Shown: piece by piece, positions 38,701 through 49,877 of the stretch | Numbering within the stretch: the stretch's first letter is position 1 | How the letters are laid out: each line of letters opens with the position of its first letter | Origin: Paramoeba atlantica | Taxonomy: Eukaryota > Protista > Discosea | Reading direction: 5' to 3' | NCBI GenBank assembly: GCA_977017575.1 | Contig: CDRNVI010000044.1 | Span: forward strand, 868,001-932,000 | Length of the DNA stretch: 64,000 nt | The notes under the pieces: generated by a model | Database searches by the model: none | What the model was told of the DNA's origin: nothing | The model's input: only the letters and a program-made list of their open reading frames with translations | Position numbers and translations under genes: made by a program

Positions 38701-39651
38701 AAGAAACTAGCAAGTTTTTTTTATTATCTAGATGCCCGTGTACATTGATCAAATATCTGTGCCACTATGGCGAATCTTTGTATCAGAGAGCGTCGCCCGA
38801 TAGTGCTATCCAAGATTGTAGACTTCATGATTATTACCAAATTCAAACTCTTGCGAATGGGGATTTCTATGATTTTCCCCAAAAGTTCATTATTCCTTTC
38901 GACAAAACAAAAATATGGCCGAACTTTGTCACCGAATGGCAAGATGGAACCATGTGGACAATGCACATCATAAAATGACGTATAAGGAGTCTTTGGGACA
39001 CTTTCGATCCCGCATTGAACATGTGTTCGGGCGTGCTTGCAGTGGCCGATGGCTTGCATTTAAGAACTGAACGAAGCTCTCTGACGCTCTATTCTAGTAC
39101 AGCTTTTCTTGTGCCCTGACTGTTCATAATCTCGAAGTTTTTCATCATCACGGCTAGGAAGGAAAATATCCTTGAATGACTCCTGACAAAAAAGAATAAC
39201 TTGAAAAAACGATCAAGGACCATCCCGCTCAGTCATCTCGATATCCGAACCTTTTCGAGCCCAATAAAAAACAGCTCCGAAATTCCAAGCAGTGGATTTA
39301 CCCAAACCTATATTGACAGGTTTGTGATGTATACGCACCAAGAGAAGCCCTTGTTTTGCTCTTTCTACTTATTCCCAATTTTTTTCCTAGGTTTAGAATC
39401 ATCAGGTTTAGAATCAGATCACATGGCTCCTGCAAACCTCCATAATTCATCGCTCCAAAAATTGTATCACTTCAATGGACATTTAAAAAAAAAATACATA
39501 AAAAAAATTAGGATAAGCGTCCAATTAGGTTACTAATGGTCTGTAATTGTAATGTTGTGGTCTGTAATTAGAATATTTATACGTCCCGGTTTAATTAATC
39601 CTTATTTTTATGTGCTTTACCTCAGTTTTCTAAAAGAAAAACGTGCGTGCA

Positions 39652-40509
39652 TCATTCCGTCGAAAGACTATTCTGCTTACCTACGATAACGACAGCACCT
39701 TGGACGTGTTCCAAGCCTTCCAAGGCATTTTCGCTCAAATCCAACCGCGCCATAGCTAACGGAAGTTCGGTAACGTCGACCTTACCATAAAACTGGTTCT
39801 GATGAAGATACAAATCGCGTAGGCGTGCAGGAAGATTTCTAAGAGACAAAGTCCCGGTGAATCGATTTGAGTTTAAAAACAATCCTTCTAGGTCGGGAGG
39901 AAGTTGCAAGAGGCTAACCTGTCCAGAAAGGAGGTTGTTGTGCAACGCAAGTTTTGACAGCGACAGGGGCAGCGAACGAAGGGACACTTCTCCACTGAAT
40001 CTATTATGATTGAGATATAGGTTATGTAGTCCAGCAGGAAGGCAAGTGAGATTTAGTTCCCCTGTAAATTGATTATGATTCAAATATAAATCCTGTAAAT
40101 GCAGTGGCAAATTCTTCAAATTTATTTCCCCATCAAGACGATTACGATAAACATAAAAATCGCGCAGCGATACCGGAAAGCACTCAGTTGGGAGTTCACC
40201 CTCTAAGGCGTTGCTTACGACGCTTATGGAATTAAGAGTGGAGGGAAGAAATTTCCATGAAAGCTGGCCGCGAAACAGCATATTTCCCCAACTCAAACTA
40301 GTTGGATGTCCATTTTTATCACAACCAACGCCGTACCATTTCACCAAAGCCTTCTCTGCTTTCCACGAAGAATCAGGATTCAGTACATTCTCAACGAGAC
40401 GGACCATTTCAAGTTCGGGTGGCAATCCTGCGCCACGTACTTTTCCCTGGCGTGAGCCGCTGCGACGTTCATCTCTGAGCGATACGGTTACTGATGAAAG
40501 AGATATCAT
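39652..40509 (-). CDS. Leucine-rich repeat protein with 22-aa repeats (Perkinsela-type family)
   Basis: About 8 repeats of LPxxLxxLYLxxNxFxGxxxLxx, preceded by a WxGVGCD cap. Confidence 0.9.
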   Translation of the reverse strand: MISLSSVTVSLRDERRSGSRQGKVRGAGLPPELEMVRLVENVLNPDSSWKAEKALVKWYGVGCDKNGHPTSLSWGNMLFRGQLSWKFLPSTLNSISVVSNALEGELPTECFPVSLRDFYVYRNRLDGEINLKNLPLHLQDLYLNHNQFTGELNLTCLPAGLHNLYLNHNRFSGEVSLRSLPLSLSKLALHNNLLSGQVSLLQLPPDLEGLFLNSNRFTGTLSLRNLPARLRDLYLHQNQFYGKVDVTELPLAMARLDLSENALEGLEHVQGAVVIVGKQNSLSTE

Positions 40510-40512
40510 CCA

Positions 40513-40545
40513 CTGAAAAGTAGAAAAGAAAAGCGAACCAAAAGA
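40513..40545 (-). promoter_or_regulatory. Putative trans-splice acceptor (polypyrimidine tract + AG) of the LRR gene
   Basis: Minus strand reads TTCTTTTGGTTCGCTTTTCTTTTCTACTTTTCAG|TGG ATG. Confidence 0.55.
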
Positions 40546-40721
40546 ACCTTAAAGTATTATTTTTTTCAGTGTCTGGTAAGAAAGAATGACATTCATTTTC
40601 TATGTACAAGTACAATTTAGGCTCATCCCCCATGCTATACAATGGGGTACTAGGTTCATCCTCCAGGCTAGCGATCGAAGAGTACAGCCTTCTCTTTGTA
40701 ATTTGACAAGTCCATTTTTTA

Positions 40722-43700
40722 TCATTTAATCATTCTGCGGACATTTGAAGTATATTCTTGAAGAAGCGTCAAGGTTCGTTGTTTCGCGATTATCTCCAAT
40801 GCTTGTATATGGCTTAATAAAGAAGATTTCGAAATGGTGTTGATAAAATGTCCACCACAAGAGCATCGACGTATCAACAGAGTTTCCATACACATATTGC
40901 ATTTGGCACATTTCAGATCTTGCGAGTAGTATCGCTTCACGATATCAAGAATTGAGGATATAAGGCATTCTTCAATTGCTTTTTCATCATAAATATTGCC
41001 ACAATATGTGCAGCAAAGTCGTTTTCGGATAGTACTTTCGATGCTATTTTCAAACTGGGATTTCATCATGGTCTCTTGAGTCAAAGTATTAGAAATTTTC
41101 TGAGTCATTGGGGTCAACGTTTCCAGAGAGGATGTCAAATTTCCTTGCTGTGTAAGAAAAGCGTTTGTGTGATTCTCGACTGAACTTCTCTCAGGGTAAA
41201 GAATATTCAAATCTTTGACTTCAAAACAGTATGGGCACATGTAATCTTTCAAAATTGTGGCTTCCCTTGGATATTGCTTACGAAGTTTTGAAATCACCTC
41301 GGGACTTTCAAAGGGACTAATTTCCACTAGCTTGCATGCATTTTGGTGCATTTCTTCCACCGAATCGGAGATTCCATCCACAAAGCCAAGCGTGTAACAA
41401 AACAGTCGGCAAAATATATCAACGCCGTGAGCTCCAGCATAGCGAAGTGTATGTAATTGCCTAAGAAAACGAGGCTCCATACCACGGTGAATGTATTGGC
41501 TGAGTTTTGATAGCATTTGGTTCTCGATTACCTTGTAGCGTGTGTCTAACGTAACCGCAGTCGCATTTGTAGTATCTCCTTCGGAAAACGCTTTCTCTGC
41601 TTCACGAAGCTCTGCAATAGCTTCATGTTTGTACTTTGAAGCGTGCAATACAAATTGCATCATGTGAGTAGCAAACATGCGATGCTGGTGAGTATCAAAG
41701 GATAATAAGGAATCTGCCATCTCCCAGTGAAATTCTATCGTATTAGTTTTCGGGTCACCTTGTTCATCGAATGCGATAGCAAATGAATTTTCCGTACACT
41801 GCACTCTTCTCCCAATAAAGTTATAAGGATCCAGAAGAAAAAATGGAGACCACATCGCTTCAAGACTAATCCGCGCGTGCTGAAAAATTGGGACTTCGCC
41901 CACCGCCCGTACAACATAATCAACATACTTTTCTCCATCTGCAAAAGACATCTTCGGAGTGCAAAAAATGATTCGGTCCCGCTTTCCATGAATGATGCGT
42001 GTGCCGAGCTGACGCATTCGGAGAAGAACAGAAGCAAGCGCACGGTTAGTAATGTTGTTAATGAAGCGTGCGAGCAAAGGATCAAAAAGGGTGGAAGACT
42101 TGCTCCTAAGCCAACGACTGAAATGTAACAGTAGAACTTCCGGTGTATCACCATTTGAAAGTAAAACGTCGTCTACATGCTTCTTGCCCTGAAGATTAAC
42201 TTCCTGGGCACGCTTCCCAGTTTTCACTGAAAAATATGGCGACGATTTGGTTGCTTCAATGGATTCAGGGTTATTCCCTTTCACAGCATGCCCATAAACT
42301 TTGCCAACTATATCGCGCAATACATGAAAATGGGTCAGCAAACCGGCATCTTGCAACCACTCACCCATTGCGTCTTGCTCTTCAAAAACTTCTTGCGACA
42401 ACAATAAAGAGGACACTTCGAAATGGAAAATACGAAGTTCCGCACTCCAGGTATAGTAAAACCCTGGTACAACTACTTCTCTCATAGACCCTGCACCCTC
42501 CCAATCATCCATTGAATGTTTCGAAGAAATGTCGGTTGCAGATTTTCCAAGATCGGGGCATCCGGTTTTGGAAAGCCACAAAACATGTGATTTGCGCATC
42601 AGCTCGCGGGCGTAGAGTGTATCCCACATCACAGAAACGCTGTCACTTCCCAGGCTGCAGATCGGCAGGTTGCTGTAGCTTGCCTGGTGAACGTGATCTA
42701 TTAAAAATGGAGGAATTAGAAACAATCTTTCGATTGCCCGTGCTACAATACGTTCAAATGCTATTTTAAGATTGTCGACAATGTCTCCCCGGATAAGAGC
42801 TTTATCGGCATGTTTCATAGTACTCAAACGCTCATCTGTAAGAAATTCTCCAAGGCAGTCTAAAGATATCAAGCATTCATCTGTGTTGTTATACGGGATG
42901 GGGAAAACTGGGAGCTTTGTCTGCAAAGTCCCGTAGCTGAACTGAGGATTCGACTCTGTTATTGTCTCTGTTACATTGTCCCATGGTTGTTTAGAAACGT
43001 TGCTTTGAATGAGCATCATTGTCGGAGCTTCACTGAGAAAATCTGCGCACAAGTCATCCACGTAGCTCCAAAAAGAATCTCTCTTAGTAAATCCTTCCAA
43101 AAGAAGTGAATTCGGCGACAGCCAAGATGCAAATGCTTCTTTCGGCGTTCGTTCAGTTGATGCAGTTCTAATGGAGTTTAGAAATTGTGCAGTATTATCT
43201 CGTAATTCTGCGTATAGCAAATTCAAAACTTCTTTATGGTGCTTACTGAGTTCCGGTTTTCCCTCAATACATGCGAAAATATACGACGATCGTTTGGAAA
43301 TATGGGTCAAAAGAGTAATATCGGTTTCGATGTTATTTGTTGAATCCGTTAATCGTAGATGATACATATGAACCATGCGTAATACTGGAGTCCACGGCAA
43401 GAATTTATGCTCAAAACTTTTGCTATTAAGATTATCGCTCTGATTTCTGTCAGGCTCGGTAAGCTCGCGTAGAACGTAGTTCGAGCGCGCATTGGTTTCC
43501 TGTACTCCTTCTAACTCGGTGATACTGAATCCGTGATGCAAAACTTCTCCTATCGACAAGTCTTCTCTTTTAGCCCGGGCTTCCGGCAAAACACGCACAC
43601 AGTTACCAAATTTCAGAAGTGCTTTGGTAACAATGTCGACATTCGATTCGTAAACACCACAGACGTCGTCGGAGCAACAATAAAGTTGACGCAATAATAC

Positions 43701-46700
43701 ATCTGTGTCCATGTGGGAAGGAACTGTGAGCTCGTAGAGGTGATGAAGTTGAGCATTTCTGGGCAAGACAATGTTCTTTTCTGTAACAAGTCGGCAAAGG
43801 TTACTGTCCAAGTCAGAAAGCGGGGTCTTACTATTTACAAGAAATACACGGGGAACACGAATAGGAAACGTGTACATCTCCGTTTGGTCAACAAGGCACG
43901 TTAAATATGCTTCCTCCGAAGAAGGATAATTAGGTTTCTTAAAAGCACGCAGAACGTGCCAACATGAGCTCAAAACGCGTCGCTTAGATCGTTCTGCTAG
44001 AGTGTGTAGAGCTCCTTCTCCAACATTTTTTCCCTCTCTCGGAGCAGTAATTGTGCTAACTTGACGAAACTCCAATGCAGATAAAGCGGATCGGTTTCTA
44101 ATGAGAGTTCTCCAAATGCGCTGTGCACCTCGAATCCATTGCAAATAACTTGGAGCGATAAAGAAGTTATCATCTAAAGGAATTTCGCCTAATGTTTTCG
44201 CCATCAAGTAACGGCTTTGTACATTCCTCGGTAAAATTATGTGCTCTGACTCCGGAAGAAACATGTTGACTTTCGTTGTAATCTCAGTTTCAATGGCACA
44301 CTGTTTAGGTATGCCAACTTGTGCCCTAGTAAAATTTTGCAGTAGAGTTGTTTGAACAAAAGGGGAATACTTTTCTCTTACCTTAGATGCAAGCCAATCG
44401 GGATGTTTTACTCTCGGCACTGGATTCTTAATGCCCTGCATTGCAGCTGGAATTGTGATAATTTTTTGGACGCATGAACTAAAGCGAGTAATGTAGTATT
44501 CCCAGTCCAAAAAATGTCGAAGATCTGTTGCCCGGTCTCCACCTACCCATTTCGAAAGAAATAATACACGAACGTCATCAGAAGCGTTGAAAATCGAAAT
44601 GGGTATGGCACGTTGCGTAACTGGCTTACCTTCAGGGTATCTCGAAATGACAAAAGAACAAGTCAAACCTTTATCTTGCACCATTTGGGGACCAAGAAAA
44701 TCGGCAATCCTCCGGGCAGTGGTAAGAGCTAAAGACTTCTGATCTGCTGGGTAATCACAAAGCCGACGAGACATGTTCCGGCTTTCCACAAGCATATCAA
44801 GGATTTCGTCATCATCAACGCCAACTCCTTTGTTAAATAGTACATCAAGAGTTTTATTGGCAACTGAAGCAGCTGCTGAATAGCTTTCTATTAATGTGTT
44901 CCCAAGCATAAATTGATAAAAGACTTTGTCTTGAAAATCTTTCAACATCTTCAGTTCACCGCGTCGCTTAATTTCAAATCCTTTGAGTTCACCAAGGGTT
45001 CCATCGGGATAAAATACAGCATATCTTTTCTTGATACATCCTCCCTCCACTTGACTCGCAGGAAGAATCATTGCTTGATGGGGACCGTCGACTTCAAAGA
45101 AAATTGAGCACTCGGAACGAATAGCGTAAGCACCTGGAGAAACCATGTCTTGGTATTGACTGTTCGTGTATCGATCGTTGACTTCCTTATTCAAGAGCAC
45201 ACAAGGATAATTGACAACTATTTGCTTCCCTGTTTTCGTGACGAAAGTCAGGTTTTCCGGAAAACTGGACGGTAAGCAGCACCAAATCCCGTCTGTATCA
45301 AGTTCAAGTGGAATCCCGAGCTGTTGCACAAGTTCTCGTGCCATTTGAATAAGCGTGGCTCCTAAGTACGTTACGACACCTGCCATTTCCATGGAATACC
45401 AGCGACTTCCTTTCCGCATTACGTAGCCATAAAAGGAATTTAAAATACACTTGTGGGCCAATTGCAAGGATTCAAACTGTATTATTCGGCCTTGGCATTC
45501 TTTGATATTCGTCGAATCACTAGATTCCAAAGCCTGAGACAATTTTGACTTCCATTTCTTTGTTTCAGCCTTATAAACGTAGCGCCGATCTCTGAAAAGC
45601 CGCACTGTGTCAACATAAAAAGAGTTTTCACGTTGACAGACCACACTATTTTTACGTTCCTCCTTAGATTCATGTAATTTTCTATGAGCACGTTTACAGT
45701 ACTCTGTGACGCGTTTCTTAATCATACTGACTTGAACAGCGTCCGATAAGGAGTGAAACGGCTTCGATAATGCTTCATCATTTTGTGAATCGTTGCCATC
45801 ATTTTCTGTAAGATCCGAACCATCGGAATCATCTGAGTTTCTCCCGGAACGCTTCGTTCGCTTGATCGCGTGAGCTTGCGATTTCAATCTCCGGAATTCT
45901 TCATTGACAGTCGGTCTCTCCGCTTTCTGACCAGGAGCATAATTCGGCCTGCTTCCACCCCTATTGAAACGGTTATAATTATTTGAAGAGCGAGATGTAG
46001 TCTTAAATGCGTTTCGTTCCCATATTGCCGGTTTCGTCCCCCACATGCTAGAGGAACCTGATGAACCTCTTGAAAATGCTGCTGCTGCCTTCTTCTTAGA
46101 GGCGTTTGCTACCATGTCTTCTATGGCTTTTTCAACATGTCTTTCCTCGAAGCTCTCCCGTTCCAGTTGAGAGCGTATTTGGTTGTACTCTCCACGAGAG
46201 GCGGTAAATAAATCGCCTTTCCATATCCATTCCATGGGGCGTTTGCATTGGTTTTCTTCGCGATTAAAACAGCACGATGCGCAAATATCATCGTTCACCA
46301 TGCTTGAAGGTTGTAAACGGTTGGTCAATATTATATTGGGATACATAGCACCCACATCTAAATGTAGGATTAAAGGTTTCTCCGTCCGTTCTGGCTTGTC
46401 TCTTAAACTCGTTAAAGCTAATGAAACTTCCTCTTTGATTTTTTCAAAATTAATAACATCATCTATTTTCGTATCGTGTTCCGTTTCTAAAGCAAATCGT
46501 AAACACTGGTCTAAATCAGAAAGAATATCTTGATAAGCAGACGAGGTGCAGCGAAAACGTAGGGGAAGGTCGTACCTGTAAACTCCCGCCTCAAGGGCCT
46601 CGACATGTCCACCAATGTACGTTTCTGTATCGATCAGCTGACCCTTGTGGAATTTTTCATGTTCATCCAAGCGTTTATTTGGGTACACTACATTTTTCCT

Positions 46701-48098
46701 GTATGCCTGAATGCACAACAAGCTTTCACAAAGGGTGCCACTGCCTTTTCTCAGAACTTCGTCTGGGCGAAGCGGAATTATGGTGCAAAGTGAAAACACG
46801 AAAGGTTGAATATACTTTGCGAATAAATCGTACGTGGACACCACATCACTGACCGCGTAGGATGCCATGCGCTGGCATTGAGGCCCACGTGCCAGGGGTA
46901 CCATTTCTTCAGGATCAACCTCCACGGGGTTGTAGCCCAGCTTGGCCCTCGTCACTGCTTTTAATCCATGACTGCCTTGCGGTAAATAGGAGTCACGTTT
47001 GACCCAATAGAGGCAATCCAGATGACTTGCCAGGCCGTTTTCATGAAGAAAGGCGCCATCAGTGCTCTGATAAAACCCAATCGAATCACGAAGCACTAGG
47101 TCATTCGCTTCAGCTCTCGCTTGTAGAAAAGGAAAGTCAAAATTATCGCCATTGTAGGTAACCACGACATGAGGTGAAAAATTCTTCACTAAATCAAAAA
47201 AAGAAATGAGCAGTGACTTCTCATCTTTGTGGTTCGAAACGGCTACTGGTATAGTTCTGGACGAATCACTTATTTTCGGTATGTATTCAAAATCTGCAAT
47301 GTCGGACGCAACAACATCACGATTTACGAGCAGCATTCCCCTTCCATCTAAGCTCACGGAGATCATAAAGACTTGATCGCTTGAGGGTTGGGGAAACTTG
47401 AGAGGGGCTTTCGTGGTTTCAATGTCGAATGTTAGAACGCGAAGTGGTGGAGAAACGTCGTCAATTGCAGCTCGACGCAGTGTGGTGGTTCCGTGAAAGG
47501 CACTCACAGTATACCACGAGCCGACAAAGACATCCATATCGATAGAACAACGCATGGCGTACTTCACATCATATTCACGGAGTTCTACAATCTTTTCTGT
47601 GTAGGAAGATTTCGTCTGAGACTCGAAATAGCCTCGGCCGTTACCCGAATAGTCAAACTCTTGATCCCTAAATTCGGTTATGAATTTGTCTGTACTTGCA
47701 TTAACTTTTATTGCAGACACTATTCTAGACTTGACAGTCGTCAAATCATTCACGTTCCGGAATAAAATCTTAAGTAGTGTGCGTTGTTTCCCGCTAAGAT
47801 GGTTCGGCATTTCTAAATCTTCCTTTTCTACCCATTCGATGCTAACAATCATGTCTGAAAAGTGAGATCTCAAGCCCACTTCTACCTCTCTCTCAAATCC
47901 ATCCTTAGTTATCACAAAAAAATATGGTGCGTACGGCAATTTTGTTTCAAACACTGATCCGTTGCTCTTATCGAGAAAGAATAATTGAAGGGTTGCAAGC
48001 GAGACCTTTGATTCGCTATCCACGGTGGTATTTGCTGTCATGTTTATCAACCACCCAACACGTTCCTCCTCATCCAAGGAATGAATGACTTCCATCAT
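40722..48098 (-). CDS. POLE1: DNA polymerase epsilon catalytic subunit
   Basis: FDIETTK, YNGDNFDFPFL, LDVGAMYPNII, HKCILNSFYGY, LELDTDGIW and KKRYAVF motifs; C-terminal CysA/CysB clusters; intron-free; likely ATG 48098. Confidence 0.97.
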   Translation of the reverse strand: MMEVIHSLDEEERVGWLINMTANTTVDSESKVSLATLQLFFLDKSNGSVFETKLPYAPYFFVITKDGFEREVEVGLRSHFSDMIVSIEWVEKEDLEMPNHLSGKQRTLLKILFRNVNDLTTVKSRIVSAIKVNASTDKFITEFRDQEFDYSGNGRGYFESQTKSSYTEKIVELREYDVKYAMRCSIDMDVFVGSWYTVSAFHGTTTLRRAAIDDVSPPLRVLTFDIETTKAPLKFPQPSSDQVFMISVSLDGRGMLLVNRDVVASDIADFEYIPKISDSSRTIPVAVSNHKDEKSLLISFFDLVKNFSPHVVVTYNGDNFDFPFLQARAEANDLVLRDSIGFYQSTDGAFLHENGLASHLDCLYWVKRDSYLPQGSHGLKAVTRAKLGYNPVEVDPEEMVPLARGPQCQRMASYAVSDVVSTYDLFAKYIQPFVFSLCTIIPLRPDEVLRKGSGTLCESLLCIQAYRKNVVYPNKRLDEHEKFHKGQLIDTETYIGGHVEALEAGVYRYDLPLRFRCTSSAYQDILSDLDQCLRFALETEHDTKIDDVINFEKIKEEVSLALTSLRDKPERTEKPLILHLDVGAMYPNIILTNRLQPSSMVNDDICASCCFNREENQCKRPMEWIWKGDLFTASRGEYNQIRSQLERESFEERHVEKAIEDMVANASKKKAAAAFSRGSSGSSSMWGTKPAIWERNAFKTTSRSSNNYNRFNRGGSRPNYAPGQKAERPTVNEEFRRLKSQAHAIKRTKRSGRNSDDSDGSDLTENDGNDSQNDEALSKPFHSLSDAVQVSMIKKRVTEYCKRAHRKLHESKEERKNSVVCQRENSFYVDTVRLFRDRRYVYKAETKKWKSKLSQALESSDSTNIKECQGRIIQFESLQLAHKCILNSFYGYVMRKGSRWYSMEMAGVVTYLGATLIQMARELVQQLGIPLELDTDGIWCCLPSSFPENLTFVTKTGKQIVVNYPCVLLNKEVNDRYTNSQYQDMVSPGAYAIRSECSIFFEVDGPHQAMILPASQVEGGCIKKRYAVFYPDGTLGELKGFEIKRRGELKMLKDFQDKVFYQFMLGNTLIESYSAAASVANKTLDVLFNKGVGVDDDEILDMLVESRNMSRRLCDYPADQKSLALTTARRIADFLGPQMVQDKGLTCSFVISRYPEGKPVTQRAIPISIFNASDDVRVLFLSKWVGGDRATDLRHFLDWEYYITRFSSCVQKIITIPAAMQGIKNPVPRVKHPDWLASKVREKYSPFVQTTLLQNFTRAQVGIPKQCAIETEITTKVNMFLPESEHIILPRNVQSRYLMAKTLGEIPLDDNFFIAPSYLQWIRGAQRIWRTLIRNRSALSALEFRQVSTITAPREGKNVGEGALHTLAERSKRRVLSSCWHVLRAFKKPNYPSSEEAYLTCLVDQTEMYTFPIRVPRVFLVNSKTPLSDLDSNLCRLVTEKNIVLPRNAQLHHLYELTVPSHMDTDVLLRQLYCCSDDVCGVYESNVDIVTKALLKFGNCVRVLPEARAKREDLSIGEVLHHGFSITELEGVQETNARSNYVLRELTEPDRNQSDNLNSKSFEHKFLPWTPVLRMVHMYHLRLTDSTNNIETDITLLTHISKRSSYIFACIEGKPELSKHHKEVLNLLYAELRDNTAQFLNSIRTASTERTPKEAFASWLSPNSLLLEGFTKRDSFWSYVDDLCADFLSEAPTMMLIQSNVSKQPWDNVTETITESNPQFSYGTLQTKLPVFPIPYNNTDECLISLDCLGEFLTDERLSTMKHADKALIRGDIVDNLKIAFERIVARAIERLFLIPPFLIDHVHQASYSNLPICSLGSDSVSVMWDTLYARELMRKSHVLWLSKTGCPDLGKSATDISSKHSMDDWEGAGSMREVVVPGFYYTWSAELRIFHFEVSSLLLSQEVFEEQDAMGEWLQDAGLLTHFHVLRDIVGKVYGHAVKGNNPESIEATKSSPYFSVKTGKRAQEVNLQGKKHVDDVLLSNGDTPEVLLLHFSRWLRSKSSTLFDPLLARFINNITNRALASVLLRMRQLGTRIIHGKRDRIIFCTPKMSFADGEKYVDYVVRAVGEVPIFQHARISLEAMWSPFFLLDPYNFIGRRVQCTENSFAIAFDEQGDPKTNTIEFHWEMADSLLSFDTHQHRMFATHMMQFVLHASKYKHEAIAELREAEKAFSEGDTTNATAVTLDTRYKVIENQMLSKLSQYIHRGMEPRFLRQLHTLRYAGAHGVDIFCRLFCYTLGFVDGISDSVEEMHQNACKLVEISPFESPEVISKLRKQYPREATILKDYMCPYCFEVKDLNILYPERSSVENHTNAFLTQQGNLTSSLETLTPMTQKISNTLTQETMMKSQFENSIESTIRKRLCCTYCGNIYDEKAIEECLISSILDIVKRYYSQDLKCAKCNMCMETLLIRRCSCGGHFINTISKSSLLSHIQALEIIAKQRTLTLLQEYTSNVRRMIK

Positions 48099-48327
48099 GA
48101 AAATATCAAGCGCAATTCGAATAGAAAAAGTAATAAACAATCGTGACTGTCACTAAATCAAAAAAATGTTCTAAACAAATTAAACGTCGAATCTTGTGGT
48201 CACATGATATATCTTGCACTTGTAGATCGTGTTGATATAGTAAGTTCATGATACGTAATCTTCCAATAAGCCAATGTGAAAATGGTTTTAGAATCATTAC
48301 ATCGCAGTGCACTTCGGTCAATTATTC

Positions 48328-49356
48328 TCAAGTCTGTTCACACGCGGCTAAGGAATCACTAAAAGAACAAGAATCGTGCGATAAAATGCAGCCGATGCAT
48401 ATCCCATTTGAACTTCGATTGAGATTGGCACATTTATTCAACGTTTCCAATTCGTCTAAAGAATGAATTTCATTCAATAGATTGACACTGTAATTATGAT
48501 CTTTGGAATTCACACTATCGGAATACCACGAAAACCGTTGAGAAGATTGCTTGTCAGATTGCCACTCTTTTTGAATTAAACAAGGTAAAAAGTCCGTCCA
48601 AAAGTCAGGAAAAATCTCCTCCGACGCAAGAGTACTCTGCATGTCCATAATAACGTTCCGCCGTATAACCGCACATGGGAGATGATGCAATTTATTGGTA
48701 AATGTTGCGTTGCGTAATTGCGATATACAATTTTCATGCAAAGTTAGAAAATCGATTGCGTCGTGGCACATAAAACAAACTCGTTGAGTTTGTGGAAACG
48801 AAAACTCAGTGATTTCACGCTCGAAACAAACAGTAGGTGTCGTCCGTTTCAATGAAAGAGCCTTCCTACCCTTCGAATCTAAGCAAGAGCTTTGGACTGC
48901 ATCCGATGGTGATATTTTGTGAAAAAAGGTGAGCACAGCGGCAGTATCGTACAGGAAAAAAGATTTACAAAGTTTTCCAAGTTCGGTGGCAGATACCCAC
49001 GCACAAGCATCAATAATCATTATGTAGTGGCTCAGATTATCCACAATACTACCCAGCGCGCTTGTCGAGCTTGTACACGAGTTATCAACGCCACGTACAA
49101 GACACGGAATTCGGTTTGTAGCTTCACCATGAAGAAAGTCAATATTTTCTAGGTGGGCTTCCATTCTCTCCTTATCTTGAAAATGACATACAATATTGAT
49201 TGGAGTTGCGGCACGCGCACGATGAATCTCACGCAACAGGAGATGCAACGTGCTTTCTTGGCCGAGTGGCTGAAAACAAGGGAGCTCAGTGGACTTAATC
49301 GAATCACTTTCTCCAGAGTTCCTCAGAGCTAAGACAACAGTTGCGACTTGTTCCAT
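48328..49356 (-). CDS. eIF2B gamma-like (nucleotidyltransferase-like fold), divergent
   Basis: N-terminal VATVVLAL...LPCFQPL, YIMIIDAC and DFLPCLIQKEW resemble eIF2B-gamma blocks. No beta-helix tail is present. ATG is at 49356. Confidence 0.55.
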   Translation of the reverse strand: MEQVATVVLALRNSGESDSIKSTELPCFQPLGQESTLHLLLREIHRARAATPINIVCHFQDKERMEAHLENIDFLHGEATNRIPCLVRGVDNSCTSSTSALGSIVDNLSHYIMIIDACAWVSATELGKLCKSFFLYDTAAVLTFFHKISPSDAVQSSCLDSKGRKALSLKRTTPTVCFEREITEFSFPQTQRVCFMCHDAIDFLTLHENCISQLRNATFTNKLHHLPCAVIRRNVIMDMQSTLASEEIFPDFWTDFLPCLIQKEWQSDKQSSQRFSWYSDSVNSKDHNYSVNLLNEIHSLDELETLNKCANLNRSSNGICIGCILSHDSCSFSDSLAACEQT

Positions 49357-49877
49357 TGTAACAATAAAGTTAAAAATCAAAACTTCTTACATTCATCTAC
49401 ATCACTCTAAAGTCATTAGTACATTGACAACCCAAGATCAAAAAATTAAACTATTGATTCGTACACAAGAACAGAACAATGGGATACGCAATCAATGTAC
49501 TCATTAATAGTACTAATAGGTGTACATTAATCATTCATGCACGACTGAGTGCCACTTTATGCATGAAAAATTCTTCTTTCCCGTTATATCGTTAACTTTC
49601 ATTTCAAAATATGAGTCTTTATCTTAAGACTTAAGATAAATAGCACATCAACTTGTCAAAGAAAAATCCTGTTTGAAGTCTGTTAATGTACGGCTCCGAT
49701 GTGAATGATCCTACAACAGAGAATTCTATCCATAAGGAGGTACCTCAATAGTGCACACATGGTCATAAGGTTCAAAATTATCAAAACAAATCACTTATTT
49801 GGTTCAAAACTAGTTCTATATTTTATCATATATTTAAGTGCGATTCACCCAGCTTACCACCCCATACGACATGACCA

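Noticed and set aside
36200-38800. Spliced-leader RNA gene at the CRE-like insertion
   Set aside because: No CAGTTTCTGTAC-like SL exon core was seen on either strand. A divergent SL could have been missed by eye.
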